Below are positions 44,960 through 54,106 of a stretch of 64,000 nt of DNA, one piece after another. The stretch lies in NCBI GenBank assembly GCA_050950825.1, contig JBMNIH010000001.1, forward strand, positions 55,073 to 119,072, given 5' to 3'. How positions within the stretch are numbered: position 1 is the stretch's first letter; the number at the start of each line of letters is the position of its first letter. The position numbers were made by a program, and so were the translations under genes. The notes beneath the pieces were generated by a model. That model was not told where the DNA came from. It worked only from the letters and a program-made list of their open reading frames with translations, and searched no databases. The DNA is from Clostridia bacterium (GTDB lineage Bacteria; Bacillota; Clostridia; JAAYHZ01).

Positions 44960-45283
44960 TTAACGTCTCCTTCTTGGTAACTTCTTCCACCAGCCCGGGT
45001 CAAGCACCGGCTTACCATTTACCCAGCGAACGTCCAGCGGGTCATATTCGCCGATTCCCAAAGTCTCATTAATAGGGTAGGGGAAGGGGTCCCTTTCCCT
45101 CAACTCTGCTTCCCTTGCCTGCAAATACTTAAACGCTTCGGATTTTCGGGCTTTAAGTTCCTCCAGCAATGGTTTCACAACTGCTGGATCAGGTCTCTCT
45201 TTGCCTTCGTGTTTGAACTTAATCTGTTCGCCTTCAAGCTGAAAACGGTATCCCAGCTTTTCAAGTTTTCTTAAAGCTTTCAT
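44960..45283 (-). CDS. Small primase-associated protein (TubC-N docking-like)
   Basis: LEKLGYRFQLEGEQIKF..P...LLEELKARK pattern, directly after the primase. Confidence 0.6.
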   Translation of the reverse strand: MKALRKLEKLGYRFQLEGEQIKFKHEGKERPDPAVVKPLLEELKARKSEAFKYLQAREAELRERDPFPYPINETLGIGEYDPLDVRWVNGKPVLDPGWWKKLPRRRR

Positions 45284-45284
45284 A

Positions 45285-47270
45285 CTAAAACAACCCCTCA
45301 GCAATATCATCATATTCCAAGGTATCTTGCCCATCACTTTGGGCATGGGCAACATGGGCAACATATCCAAATGCCGATTCTATCGGGGTTTTCGTATCTT
45401 GCCCATCTTGCCCATCGGTATTTGTATGGGCAACATCATTCCCTAAAGTATCTTGCTCATGCTCTTTTGTGTGAGCAAGATACTCATCGGGTAAATACCA
45501 GCAATTAGGTTTTCCGTTTTTACCGTAGAGAAATTTTATTCCTAACTTTTCCCTTGCTCTCCTTGCTGTTTTATCTGTTATGCCAACTTCCTTCCATTTC
45601 TCCCTAATTTCTTTGCAGGGGACTTTTTCACCGTTTCCCAGTATTCCTAAGAAGAACTCCACTGCTTCGTCAAGGGCTGGAGTTTCGGTTTCCTTTTCGT
45701 CTTTTTCCGGTATCGCTAATAAATCTTCGGCTGTGCAGCTACTAACCCCCGCCCACATAAAGCCATCAAGCTCGGTTATAGTGAAGCCCTGCGTAACCCC
45801 TTTTTCAGCGCAGCTGCTTTTTGTATGCACCATCGCCTTTTCGCCGGTCGAAGATTTTTCGCCTACAAGAAGAATACTTCGTGCTGCTGCCGTAAAGTCA
45901 ATGCTGCCTAGTCCCCGGTAAATGGCCTTCCCGCCGCCGGTTTTACTTAAATGCCGAATAGCAATAACAGCGCAGTTATATTCCTCTGCCAGCTTGCCTA
46001 AGCCTGAAAGTAGGGGACGGGTTTCGTTCGCTCTGTGCATATCCACCGGGCCTAAGTAGCCTTGCAAGGGGTCAATCACTACCAGCGCAGGTTTTACCTG
46101 TTCCAACGCTTCCCGTAATGCACCAATGTCCCGTAACGTAAAAGCCTTTTCCTCAGCTTCTTCGGCCTCCCGCCAACCTGTAAGACAATATACTTTACTT
46201 CGGTCTGCGCCCATTTTCTCAAGCCTTGGAACGATTGTATCAGCCAGCCCGTCCTCAGCAGTCATAAATAGAACTGTGCTGGGTTCGGTAACGAATTCTG
46301 GCTTGCCGTCCTGTCCTGGTAATGGCCAGCCGTTAGTAGCGGCTGCACATAAATTTAAAGCTAAAAAGGTCTTTCCCAGTCCGGGATCGCCTTCAAGAAT
46401 TGTTAATTTTCCTTTAGGGATATATGGTTTCCAGAAGAAGTCAACGTCCTCTGGTTCTACATCGGCCAAATTTATAATAGAAGGAATGACTTTCGGGCCG
46501 GGTCTCCACTCTGGACACTCTGCCGCCAACCGCAATAATTCGTCTTTTGTCCCGCCAGCAGTCAGCCAATCTGAAACGTCCCCTTTTTCGGCCAGCTCCG
46601 GCAGTTCCAGCACCCTGACGCTTACTGCTTTGCCGTAAAGAGATTGCGCCACCTGCTGTGCATGTTTACGGCCGGGTTCGTCATTATCCGGCAGGATTAC
46701 AGCCTTAGCGCCCTTCAAATGTTCGCTGTAATAATCCCGCCATTTTCCTGCACCCATCGGGCTTGTCGTAGCCGCCAGTCCCAACTGGACCAGGTTGTTT
46801 ACATCCTTTTCACCTTCCGGTATGAACACCATTTCCCCCCGTTCCACCGCTTGCAAGACTTCCGGCAGCCTATAAAGAATGGGCTTAACCTTGCCAAGGC
46901 CATTCACCCAACCGCCTTTACCATCAGGCCGCCGCTGGAAGAAACGCTTGTCCGCTGTCCTACAAACTTGAAAAAGCAGCTTCCCGTTTGCGTCCCGGTA
47001 GTCATAAGTAGCAACAACAGGGCTTTTCCCGCCTGCATAGACTTTAGGTTTTTGTGGAAACAAGTCCCTTAGATCAATCCCTAGGGCCCGGCAAATATCA
47101 TTAACAGAACAGCCAGCATGGCAATGAATTAAAACCCGCCCGTCTTTGCCTTCGCTTACGTGCAAGCTTTGCTTTTGGTCATCGTGGGCCGGGCAAAGGG
47201 CCTTCCAGCCATTGCCGCAAGGTTTGACGCCATTTAAGCGGGAGAGGATACTGTTCATTACCTGATTCAT
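45285..47270 (-). CDS. Primase-helicase (Zn-finger + TOPRIM + AAA_25/RepA-like helicase)
   Basis: CPAHDD..HCHAGC; EGEKD and PDND TOPRIM motifs; GDPGLGKT, VVIDP, RHLSK, RGLGS. Confidence 0.92.
   Translation of the reverse strand: MNQVMNSILSRLNGVKPCGNGWKALCPAHDDQKQSLHVSEGKDGRVLIHCHAGCSVNDICRALGIDLRDLFPQKPKVYAGGKSPVVATYDYRDANGKLLFQVCRTADKRFFQRRPDGKGGWVNGLGKVKPILYRLPEVLQAVERGEMVFIPEGEKDVNNLVQLGLAATTSPMGAGKWRDYYSEHLKGAKAVILPDNDEPGRKHAQQVAQSLYGKAVSVRVLELPELAEKGDVSDWLTAGGTKDELLRLAAECPEWRPGPKVIPSIINLADVEPEDVDFFWKPYIPKGKLTILEGDPGLGKTFLALNLCAAATNGWPLPGQDGKPEFVTEPSTVLFMTAEDGLADTIVPRLEKMGADRSKVYCLTGWREAEEAEEKAFTLRDIGALREALEQVKPALVVIDPLQGYLGPVDMHRANETRPLLSGLGKLAEEYNCAVIAIRHLSKTGGGKAIYRGLGSIDFTAAARSILLVGEKSSTGEKAMVHTKSSCAEKGVTQGFTITELDGFMWAGVSSCTAEDLLAIPEKDEKETETPALDEAVEFFLGILGNGEKVPCKEIREKWKEVGITDKTARRAREKLGIKFLYGKNGKPNCWYLPDEYLAHTKEHEQDTLGNDVAHTNTDGQDGQDTKTPIESAFGYVAHVAHAQSDGQDTLEYDDIAEGLF
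45322..45483. repeat. Iteron-like array (putative origin) inside the 3' end of the primase-helicase gene
   Basis: Eight copies of TTGC(C/T)CA(T/C) or its reverse complement, in three inverted groups (45322, 45345, 45354, 45394, 45408, 45426, 45448, 45471). Confidence 0.8.
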
Positions 47271-47563
47271 ACGCTATCCCTCTCCCTTCTATTTAGTTCC
47301 TCCTTAATTGCCCTGTAACGGGCTTTAAGCCAAATAAAGGCCGGAATGAATTGCCCCGGTCCAGTGAACAGCCAGGGCTGCTGCCGTAGGTCCAATTGCG
47401 CCAGGGCCGTTTTTACTTTGTAAAGTTCCTGCCATAGGGAGAAAACGTCAAATTCCTGTAGGTCCAAGTTATTAAACCTTTGCAGTTCTTCATAACTGCT
47501 AATAATATCCGGGAGAAAATAGCTAGCATTGCGAATTCGCTGTTTTTTTGCTAAAATAACCAT
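47267..47563 (-). CDS. Hypothetical protein upstream of primase
   Basis: MVILAKKQ start with GGAGG RBS; ATGA overlap with the primase start. Confidence 0.65.
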   Translation of the reverse strand: MVILAKKQRIRNASYFLPDIISSYEELQRFNNLDLQEFDVFSLWQELYKVKTALAQLDLRQQPWLFTGPGQFIPAFIWLKARYRAIKEELNRRERDSV

Positions 47564-47699
47564 AAGAGTATCCCTCCGTCCATCTGCCTGCTCCCGGTCC
47601 GCCTGCCAGCCGCCGGGGGTTTTATTTTGTGTGTAATTTTTTTGTACGCCCTTTCTAAAGCCGCATAAAACCTGCATTTTGGCTTCGTTCCCGTTTTGC

Positions 47700-47888
47700 T
47701 TACTCAAGGGGTTCGACCGCCTTTCGCTGCAACCATTCCTGAAGCATGTCCGCCGGAATTCTTATATTTCTCTCGCCAACCTTGACGGCTGGGAAATCCC
47801 TTGTTTTTGCCAGGCGTAAAATCGTTTTGTAGGATACGCCAAGCGCCGCCGCAGCCTCTTTAGGAGTTAAAACAGGTTTTTGAAGCAT
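47700..47888 (-). CDS. Excisionase / HTH_17 DNA-binding protein
   Basis: LTPKEAAAALGVSYKTI..FPAVKVG..IRIP; AGGAGG RBS. Confidence 0.88.
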   Translation of the reverse strand: MLQKPVLTPKEAAAALGVSYKTILRLAKTRDFPAVKVGERNIRIPADMLQEWLQRKAVEPLE

Positions 47889-47928
47889 TTTTAATCCCCT
47901 CCTTGTGCTAAGTTCCTTTATGTTGAAA

Positions 47929-47957
47929 TAAAAAAACGCCAGCTTTTGCTGACGTTC
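47929..47957 (-). terminator. Intrinsic terminator after the regulator gene
   Basis: ACGTCAGC-AAAA-GCTGGCGT followed by a T run on the minus strand. Confidence 0.65.
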
Positions 47958-47983
47958 TTAATCTTTGCTATTGCCTTATTTTT

Positions 47984-48724
47984 TTATATGTTTGTCTCTA
48001 GCTTTACCAACATCTTCCACCACTCGTCAAAATTAGGGGTTTCACCTTCGGTTAATGTAACTGGGTTCAAAACCCTTAAAAAGTCGTATCCATCCGGTAT
48101 ACCTTCCTCAAGTGCTGGATAATTCGCTACAGGAAACAATTCTAATTCAATAGTTCTTTCGGTTGTGCCTCCAAGGTCGATTTTACTCCCTTTTTTACTT
48201 ATCACCACTACAGGCAGACGCTGCCCCATCGCTTTGGCTTTAAATGCTAACCAGACAAGCGCAGCAAAGTTTTTAGGGCTTTTAAAAATATTCAACCAAA
48301 AAGCATTTTTGTCGCCTTGCAATGCAATTTGCCTTATTTCTGCGACTTCTTTAAAGTTTATCCCCAGTTTATCTTTTAAATGCTCAGAGGCATAAAACTC
48401 TGCTGGAGTATCATCCGGATAAAGTACTATTGTCCCTTTTCCTCTGCCCCCGCCTTTCATAAAAGGCCTTGGGATAAGTTCATCTTGATACCTGCGCTGT
48501 AAAGTTTTAGGTTTAACCGAAAAACCTAAACGTAACAACTGATCAATTACATCCTGTGGGGTTAGCTTGTACTCCGGTTTCTTTACTTTTTTATTGACAT
48601 AAAAACCATAAGTAATGCCGCCCAAATAAGGGTCCTGGTAATTATTACAAAACACATTGAACGGGGTTAAATCAGTTTTTCCATATTTGTTCCTTTTTGA
48701 AATGAGATCTTCCAATAGACACAC
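47984..48724 (-). CDS. Putative regulator with MerR/Xis-like winged HTH
   Basis: LTPQDVIDQL..GFSVKPKTLQRRYQDELIPRP...GRGKG...YP; GTG start with GGGAGG RBS. Confidence 0.6.
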   Translation of the reverse strand: MCLLEDLISKRNKYGKTDLTPFNVFCNNYQDPYLGGITYGFYVNKKVKKPEYKLTPQDVIDQLLRLGFSVKPKTLQRRYQDELIPRPFMKGGGRGKGTIVLYPDDTPAEFYASEHLKDKLGINFKEVAEIRQIALQGDKNAFWLNIFKSPKNFAALVWLAFKAKAMGQRLPVVVISKKGSKIDLGGTTERTIELELFPVANYPALEEGIPDGYDFLRVLNPVTLTEGETPNFDEWWKMLVKLETNI

Positions 48725-48786
48725 CTCCCCCTATACAGAAGACATTTTATGCTGGACATTTGGCTCTCAATTACTGTCCTATGTAA

Positions 48787-48815
48787 ATACTAACATACCT
48801 TTTCAAGGTTGTCAA
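48787..48815 (-). promoter_or_regulatory. sigma-A promoter of the element regulator gene
   Basis: TTGACA-17 nt-TAGTAT with extended TG. Confidence 0.7.
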
Positions 48816-48990
48816 TAGCCAAATTTTTTATCTTAATTATGGGCAAGGTTCGTACACACAAAAGTACACACTTTAAGAGGGAATATAATTCCACGCAAGG
48901 GAATATAGTAGGACTTGCCAGTGTCAGGAATGCAGTAAAATAGGGGCTTGAGGGCATATAGAGGAATTAAAGGGAATATCTCCCACGTTC

Positions 48991-49035
48991 TTCGGGACCA
49001 AGAGGCCGGAGGTTCAAATCCTCTCACTCCGACCA
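48991..49035 (+). repeat. attR core (45 bp duplicate of the tRNA-Pro 3' end)
   Basis: Identical to 40673-40717. Confidence 0.95.
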
Positions 49036-49039
49036 TCAT

Positions 49040-49074
49040 TCCCAAGAGTTATCATTCAGCTCTTGGGATTTTTA
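49040..49074 (+). terminator. Terminator, probably the displaced tRNA-Pro terminator
   Basis: TCCCAAGAG-loop-CTCTTGGGA-TTTTT just after attR. Confidence 0.75.
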
Positions 49075-49468
49075 TTTTATAGTTTTTCAATGACAGTTTC
49101 GAATGATAGCCTATATAAAAACTCCGGCACCCATATCTTTTTACTCCATAATATTTTCCTGTTACTTATATAAACCTGCTTCCAATACCTCTACCCTGCA
49201 TTTCGTTTGTTTTTTCTGTCCTAACCTTTCTATCTACTCCACACTTCAAAAATAATACAATGTTTTATTTTAAGCTTCGGTATTCTACAAGTATATTTTT
49301 TCGAACAATGCAAGCGACAAGAAAATCCTCCGCAAACGGACTGAAAAAAAACAATGAAAACATCTATGATTCTCCAGAAAAACACGGAAATTGTTGTTTT
49401 CACCGATATGACATGTTATAACTACAATTGACGGCTTAGCCGAATTTTAAGATAAGGAACCAAACAAG

Positions 49469-50365
49469 ATGAAGAAAACTGCATGGGAAATCGGAATATC
49501 TTCTACCTGTAAAAAATCAATCCACAGATTTGTTTTTGATGAATATGCGAAAAACAATGTTTTCAATATGGAGATCTCATTGCCATATACGGAATATGAT
49601 CATATCGACTGGAGTGCAACGAAGCAAGCTTCAAAGGATACGGGGGTACGGCTATGGTCGATCCATCTCCCCTTTTCCCCGTTTGAAATCAATAATCTTG
49701 CAAGCCCTGATATCCAAATCAGGAAAAGCACCCTAAAAATGCATTCGGAACTTATAAAAAAAGCGGGAGATATCGGAATAAACATTGCAGTTGTTCATCC
49801 TAGCGGAGAACCAAACAATCCGGATCAACGTGAAGAATTGTTAAAACACTCTACGGAATCCCTTTCCATTCTCGCTAAAGAAGGAGCTAAAGCCGGCGTT
49901 ACCATCGCAGTGGAAAATCTGCCGAGAACTTGCCTTGGCAATTGTTCAGATGAGATTATCACCCTCATTTCATCTGATGACCGGCTTCGTATCTGCTTTG
50001 ATACAAATCATCTCCTGATACAGAAGAACACAGATTTTATCAAGCTTTTAGGCGATAAAATCATTACGATTCATGTATCGGATTATGACTTCTTGAATGA
50101 GCGTCATTGGCTGCCCTATGAAGGTAAAAACAATTGGATAGAAATCGTTACTCTCTTGGAGAAAGCAAATTACAGCGGCCCGTTTATGTACGAAGTCCCT
50201 CTTGAAGCGCCGCCTACAATACAAAGGAGAGCGCTCACATTACAGGATTTCGTGGAGAATTTTAAAGCTTGTATCGAGAAGCGTGTTCCCGAGGTGATAG
50301 GAGTTCCCAATATTGAAGCGTGCAAAGAGCGGGCATATTTTCAAACTGCAAAGATCGAAGCATAA
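49469..50365 (+). CDS. Sugar phosphate isomerase/epimerase (xylose isomerase-like TIM barrel)
   Basis: SIHLPF, VVHPS, AVENLP, CFDTNH, HVSD, ERHWLP.EG, MYE. Confidence 0.88.
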   Translation: MKKTAWEIGISSTCKKSIHRFVFDEYAKNNVFNMEISLPYTEYDHIDWSATKQASKDTGVRLWSIHLPFSPFEINNLASPDIQIRKSTLKMHSELIKKAGDIGINIAVVHPSGEPNNPDQREELLKHSTESLSILAKEGAKAGVTIAVENLPRTCLGNCSDEIITLISSDDRLRICFDTNHLLIQKNTDFIKLLGDKIITIHVSDYDFLNERHWLPYEGKNNWIEIVTLLEKANYSGPFMYEVPLEAPPTIQRRALTLQDFVENFKACIEKRVPEVIGVPNIEACKERAYFQTAKIEA

Positions 50366-51094
50366 GAACAAAAAGGAGAAAGAAAACGAAATTATAAAGT
50401 TTATCGAACGGAAGGGTATCCGGAATATTTTTCATCCGTTCCTTTCGTGTTGTTAGGTATGCCTGAAATAATGGCTTTTCTTATACCCATGGTTTTAATA
50501 ACGGTACACTTGGACCAAACCCTTGGTTTTGGAATATGATGCCGAAGGTTAAACATTCTCATTTCGACCAAAATCACATAGTATAACCTTTTTTACCGTT
50601 TCATAATATCTAAAATATTCCGACCGATGATAAATATTAACATATTTTTAATATAAATAAAATAGTATATAGAATATACTGTGTATAATTTCAAGTAGTC
50701 GATATAGGAAAAAAACATATCAAGCGAAGTATCCGATATTTTATCAAATAATCGACTCAACGACCTTTATATTGAATTTGGTAATTTATTTTCCTTCTTC
50801 AGAAATTTCCGTGCAGAAATTTAAAAGACAAAACTATCTTATTGAATCAATTCGAGAATTAATATCAAATCCCTATTCGAGACCACAACGTCAAAGGCAC
50901 AAGACCTCTCACGTGAACCAATATACTCACCGGAAAACTTTCGTATTTTCATGTTGTATTAAAATAATAAGTGGAAAGATATATCAAAAGTGATATAATG
51001 TAAAATTAGATAATATTTATTACTAATATAAAAATAATATAGAAGCATTCGCGTTTTGGGTTATCGGGATGAAAAAATGCGAAGGGGTGGCTTT

Positions 51095-51540
51095 ATGTTT
51101 AAAAGAAAAATCCCGGTCATACTTTTTATAATATTTTTGTCGGCCAATGTAGGATGTGACGATATCAAGTATAATTCGATTCGGAATATATTCAATTCTG
51201 TTCCTGAGTATAATGAAGAACAGGATGAGTTGGAATACGGTGATTTGACGGTAGCAATTCCGGCATCGTCCTCTTCCCAGAAAGACTATTTTGATTCAAT
51301 CATTGAAGAATTAAATAATATAACCCTCAATGCAATCAATACAAAAGTGAAATTCATATATATGTCACAATCTCATCTATCCTATGAGACCCATTATCAA
51401 TTAAGTAGCGGTAATTGTGATATAGTACTTTGTCAAAATGGTAGTTTAGGTTATTCTTCAGATACCAGTTTACCCTATTTTGTATCTCAAGGACTCATAA
51501 AAGACATAACTGAAATGTTACCGGTGTATGCCCCCGAAAT
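51095..51540 (+). pseudogene. 5' fragment of a sugar-type solute-binding lipoprotein, interrupted
   Basis: Lipobox NVGC; SBP-like sequence (LSSGNCDI, GLIKDITEMLPVYAP) running into transposon sequence; junction approximate. Confidence 0.65.
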
Positions 51541-51595
51541 GAATCCAATAAAGCGAAGGCATGAGCGGATAACTAAAAGGTTATCCGCTATGTAT

Positions 51596-51922
51596 TTAGT
51601 CGTTATTGAAGTTTAAAAATGGTTCCAATGCTTTGAAAGCATAAGCTATTGTCATACCGTCTACAACATTTCCTAAAGCATAAATCAACTTCTCACTGTT
51701 GTAGAAAGTATCATTAAGGGTACTCAAATGGCACCCTGCGCTAAAATCAGGAAGACAGGCAAACAACCCTGAGGTTGATTGACCAACCAGTACCCGCAAG
51801 CTGCTCCGGCTTAAAATGAAAATCTCATAGTGGCTGCCGAAATTAATAACCTGGCTAACAGTACCATGCCATATGTCTTTACTACCATCATCCCATTGAT
51901 AAGAACAGTGGAATTGTATCAC
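51596..51922 (-). CDS. Small transposon accessory protein (DUF6618-like)
   Basis: GTGA overlap with the ATPase stop; WHGTV..YEIFI.SRSS..GLFACLPDF..GCHLS. Confidence 0.6.
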   Translation of the reverse strand: MIQFHCSYQWDDGSKDIWHGTVSQVINFGSHYEIFILSRSSLRVLVGQSTSGLFACLPDFSAGCHLSTLNDTFYNSEKLIYALGNVVDGMTIAYAFKALEPFLNFNND

Positions 51923-52719
51923 GCCAATTCCCCCTGTATCACGAGCTTTACCATATGGTCATCAATGATTTTGCGGCCATTTTGAGCACCGAACAGCAGG
52001 CAATGGGTGCAAAGCTTGTTTATGAGCCTGGCAGAGCCGCTGGAATACTTAAATATCTCATCCAACGCCGCTTCAGAGAAAATTTCCCTGTCGCAAGCTG
52101 CATACTCTAAATGTCTATGTACGTATTCACCCACCTGAGCCCGATCATAATGATTCAGTTTGCACTGAATATCAATACGTTGCTTGATGGCGGCATATGC
52201 CTGGAGCTGGAATTTATCCCACAACTCTGACTGTCCCACCAGAATTAAAGCCATTGGGCTTTCTGAGTCCATCTTGAAATTCAGCAGGAAACGAACCTCT
52301 TCCAGCATCTCTCGGTCTAAAAGATGAGCTTCATCAACTATGACAACAGGCTGCAGTTTATGGATTCCCTTCATAAGCTCAATTTCCCGGTGCAGCTGGC
52401 GTTTGGCATCTCCACGGTAGAATTTTGCCTCACACCCCAGCTGCTCCAGTAAACCCTTGTAGAAATGCCTGGGCGTCAGTTTGGAATCGGCAAGGTACAT
52501 AACATGAAATCGTGAAGAGTCCAGAATATCCCGGAAACGGCGGATAGCTGTGGTTTTGCCGGTACCGCAGTCCCCGGTAACAACAGCGAACAACTGACGA
52601 TCTGCAGCATATTGCAGGCGCCCTAATGTCTCTTCCAGTATGATGGGCTGATAAAGCTGGTCAGTAGGAATATCACGTGTGAAGGGTGTGCGTTTAAACC
52701 CATAAAAGGCTTCAAACAT
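51919..52719 (-). CDS. ExeA/TnsC-type AAA+ ATPase
   Basis: MFEAFYGF..PF, GDCGTGKT, IVDEAH, LILVGQ, RLINK. Confidence 0.9.
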   Translation of the reverse strand: MFEAFYGFKRTPFTRDIPTDQLYQPIILEETLGRLQYAADRQLFAVVTGDCGTGKTTAIRRFRDILDSSRFHVMYLADSKLTPRHFYKGLLEQLGCEAKFYRGDAKRQLHREIELMKGIHKLQPVVIVDEAHLLDREMLEEVRFLLNFKMDSESPMALILVGQSELWDKFQLQAYAAIKQRIDIQCKLNHYDRAQVGEYVHRHLEYAACDREIFSEAALDEIFKYSSGSARLINKLCTHCLLFGAQNGRKIIDDHMVKLVIQGELA

Positions 52720-54067
52720 TCTGCTCACCACCCTTGGCCACGTTTCTGTAAGAGACGGCAGGCATGTACTGTTCTATGCGCTGCTCGTTCTTCTTTTTGG
52801 CTGCTCTTAGCAAGCGGGATGCCTCCGCTTTTTCGGTGGTAAGATGTTCCGGTAAACCAGGCCGCCGACCGGCCCGTTCACCAATCACCAGCTTTTTAGC
52901 CTTCCATGGGCTATGGCCTTCATACTCAATGGTAAGCTCGTCCGTGCATGCCGGATCATAGATCACATCTACAGTGCAGCCAATAAAGGGAAGGCCAACC
53001 TCATACTTTTGGCCGTTGAAGCTGATACAGCCTGCTTTATCCACCTTGCGTTCCTCAAAATGCAAAAACGCCTGAGCCAGGACGTCCGGGTCAATAAACC
53101 TTTGGGGTTTCGTATCACTTCGGTATGCAACCTCCGGACTCATGTGATTCACCAGGGCGGAATGGGGCCTGTTCTGATAGCATTCGGTAAGCCATACCTG
53201 GAACAGCTCGTTCAACCTTTCCAGGGTCTGTGGTTTCTCCAAAGCGGCCTCTGTAAGAAAGGAATCCACTACCCGGTTCAGCCTCTCAACTTTGCCGGTT
53301 GCTTCCGGCGAGTAGGGGCGGGCATAGAGCAGACGAATGCCCATTTTTGCACATGCCCGTGTCATCCACTTGTTCCTGTATTGGCTGCCGTTATCAAAAA
53401 ATACGGCCTCGGGCACACCATGCTTAAGAATGGACTTCCGGAAGCAATCCTCTACGATGACTTTATCCAGGGTGGGATAAAATTCTCCATGAAGAACGTA
53501 TCTGGTAGCATCATCCACGAAGAGAACCAAAAACACCTGCTTTTTTTCTCCATCCCTGCCGATAGGAAGATAAGGGCCATACTTGATGTCCGAATGCCAG
53601 AGCTTATTGCGATACCGATGTTGGAACCTGCGCGCTGCTACTCCCGTTGAAGTGTACATTTTCATCTGTCTTGCACTGTATCCCCGGTTTGCCAATTGCT
53701 CCTGCAGTGTGCTGCGCTTTATCCGGCCCGGCTCTACAATTCCTTCCCACTCCAGGATGTTTATCAACTGTGATACGCTACGGCTTGGAACCTGCCTGCG
53801 CAGAAGAATAGCCTGCTCCAATACATGGGATGGTATGGCATCCTCTGTTTTTCTTTGGCTCTTTCCTTTAGGCTTTAAACCGTCGAATCCGGCTTCCCGG
53901 TATTGTGCCACATATCTTCGGAGAGTACGCTCTGATATACCGGTTTGTTCACATATTCGGGCTTTGATCTCTTTCGCCTTTGCAGGATCCAGGCCGTCGG
54001 CCAGCAGTGGCGATATCAGTTCCATCCGCTCCTGTGCTATTATCTCTGCTTTCCTCTGATCTCTCAT
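52712..54067 (-). CDS. DDE-type integrase/transposase (rve core + Mu-like C-terminus)
   Basis: N-terminal HTH; WHSDIK, FFDNG, GKVER catalytic triad; RKVDKAGCISF. Confidence 0.92.
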   Translation of the reverse strand: MRDQRKAEIIAQERMELISPLLADGLDPAKAKEIKARICEQTGISERTLRRYVAQYREAGFDGLKPKGKSQRKTEDAIPSHVLEQAILLRRQVPSRSVSQLINILEWEGIVEPGRIKRSTLQEQLANRGYSARQMKMYTSTGVAARRFQHRYRNKLWHSDIKYGPYLPIGRDGEKKQVFLVLFVDDATRYVLHGEFYPTLDKVIVEDCFRKSILKHGVPEAVFFDNGSQYRNKWMTRACAKMGIRLLYARPYSPEATGKVERLNRVVDSFLTEAALEKPQTLERLNELFQVWLTECYQNRPHSALVNHMSPEVAYRSDTKPQRFIDPDVLAQAFLHFEERKVDKAGCISFNGQKYEVGLPFIGCTVDVIYDPACTDELTIEYEGHSPWKAKKLVIGERAGRRPGLPEHLTTEKAEASRLLRAAKKKNEQRIEQYMPAVSYRNVAKGGEQNV

Positions 54068-54106
54068 GTTGAATACCCCCTTTGATTGATTCAACATGAG
54101 TGTATA

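Larger units (their letters stand above)
40673..49035 (-). mobile_element. Integrated phage-satellite-like (PICI-like) element, ~8.3 kb
   Basis: 45-bp direct repeats; integrase, Xis, primase-helicase, TerS and TerL domains all on the minus strand; no capsid, portal, tail or lysis genes recognised. Confidence 0.9.

Noticed and set aside
45322-45483. Repeat cluster as a possible CRISPR or mini-array
   Set aside because: Units are 8-14 bp in both orientations with irregular spacing, inside a CDS, and no cas genes are present; no CRISPR array was seen anywhere in the window.
40673-49035. Complete prophage or conjugative element
   Set aside because: Too small, with no recognisable capsid, portal, tail, lysis, relaxase or T4SS genes.
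48833-49045. 70-aa ORF and tRNA-like sequence
   Set aside because: It is the antisense reading of attR; only the 3' 45 nt of the tRNA are duplicated, so it is not a second tRNA gene.
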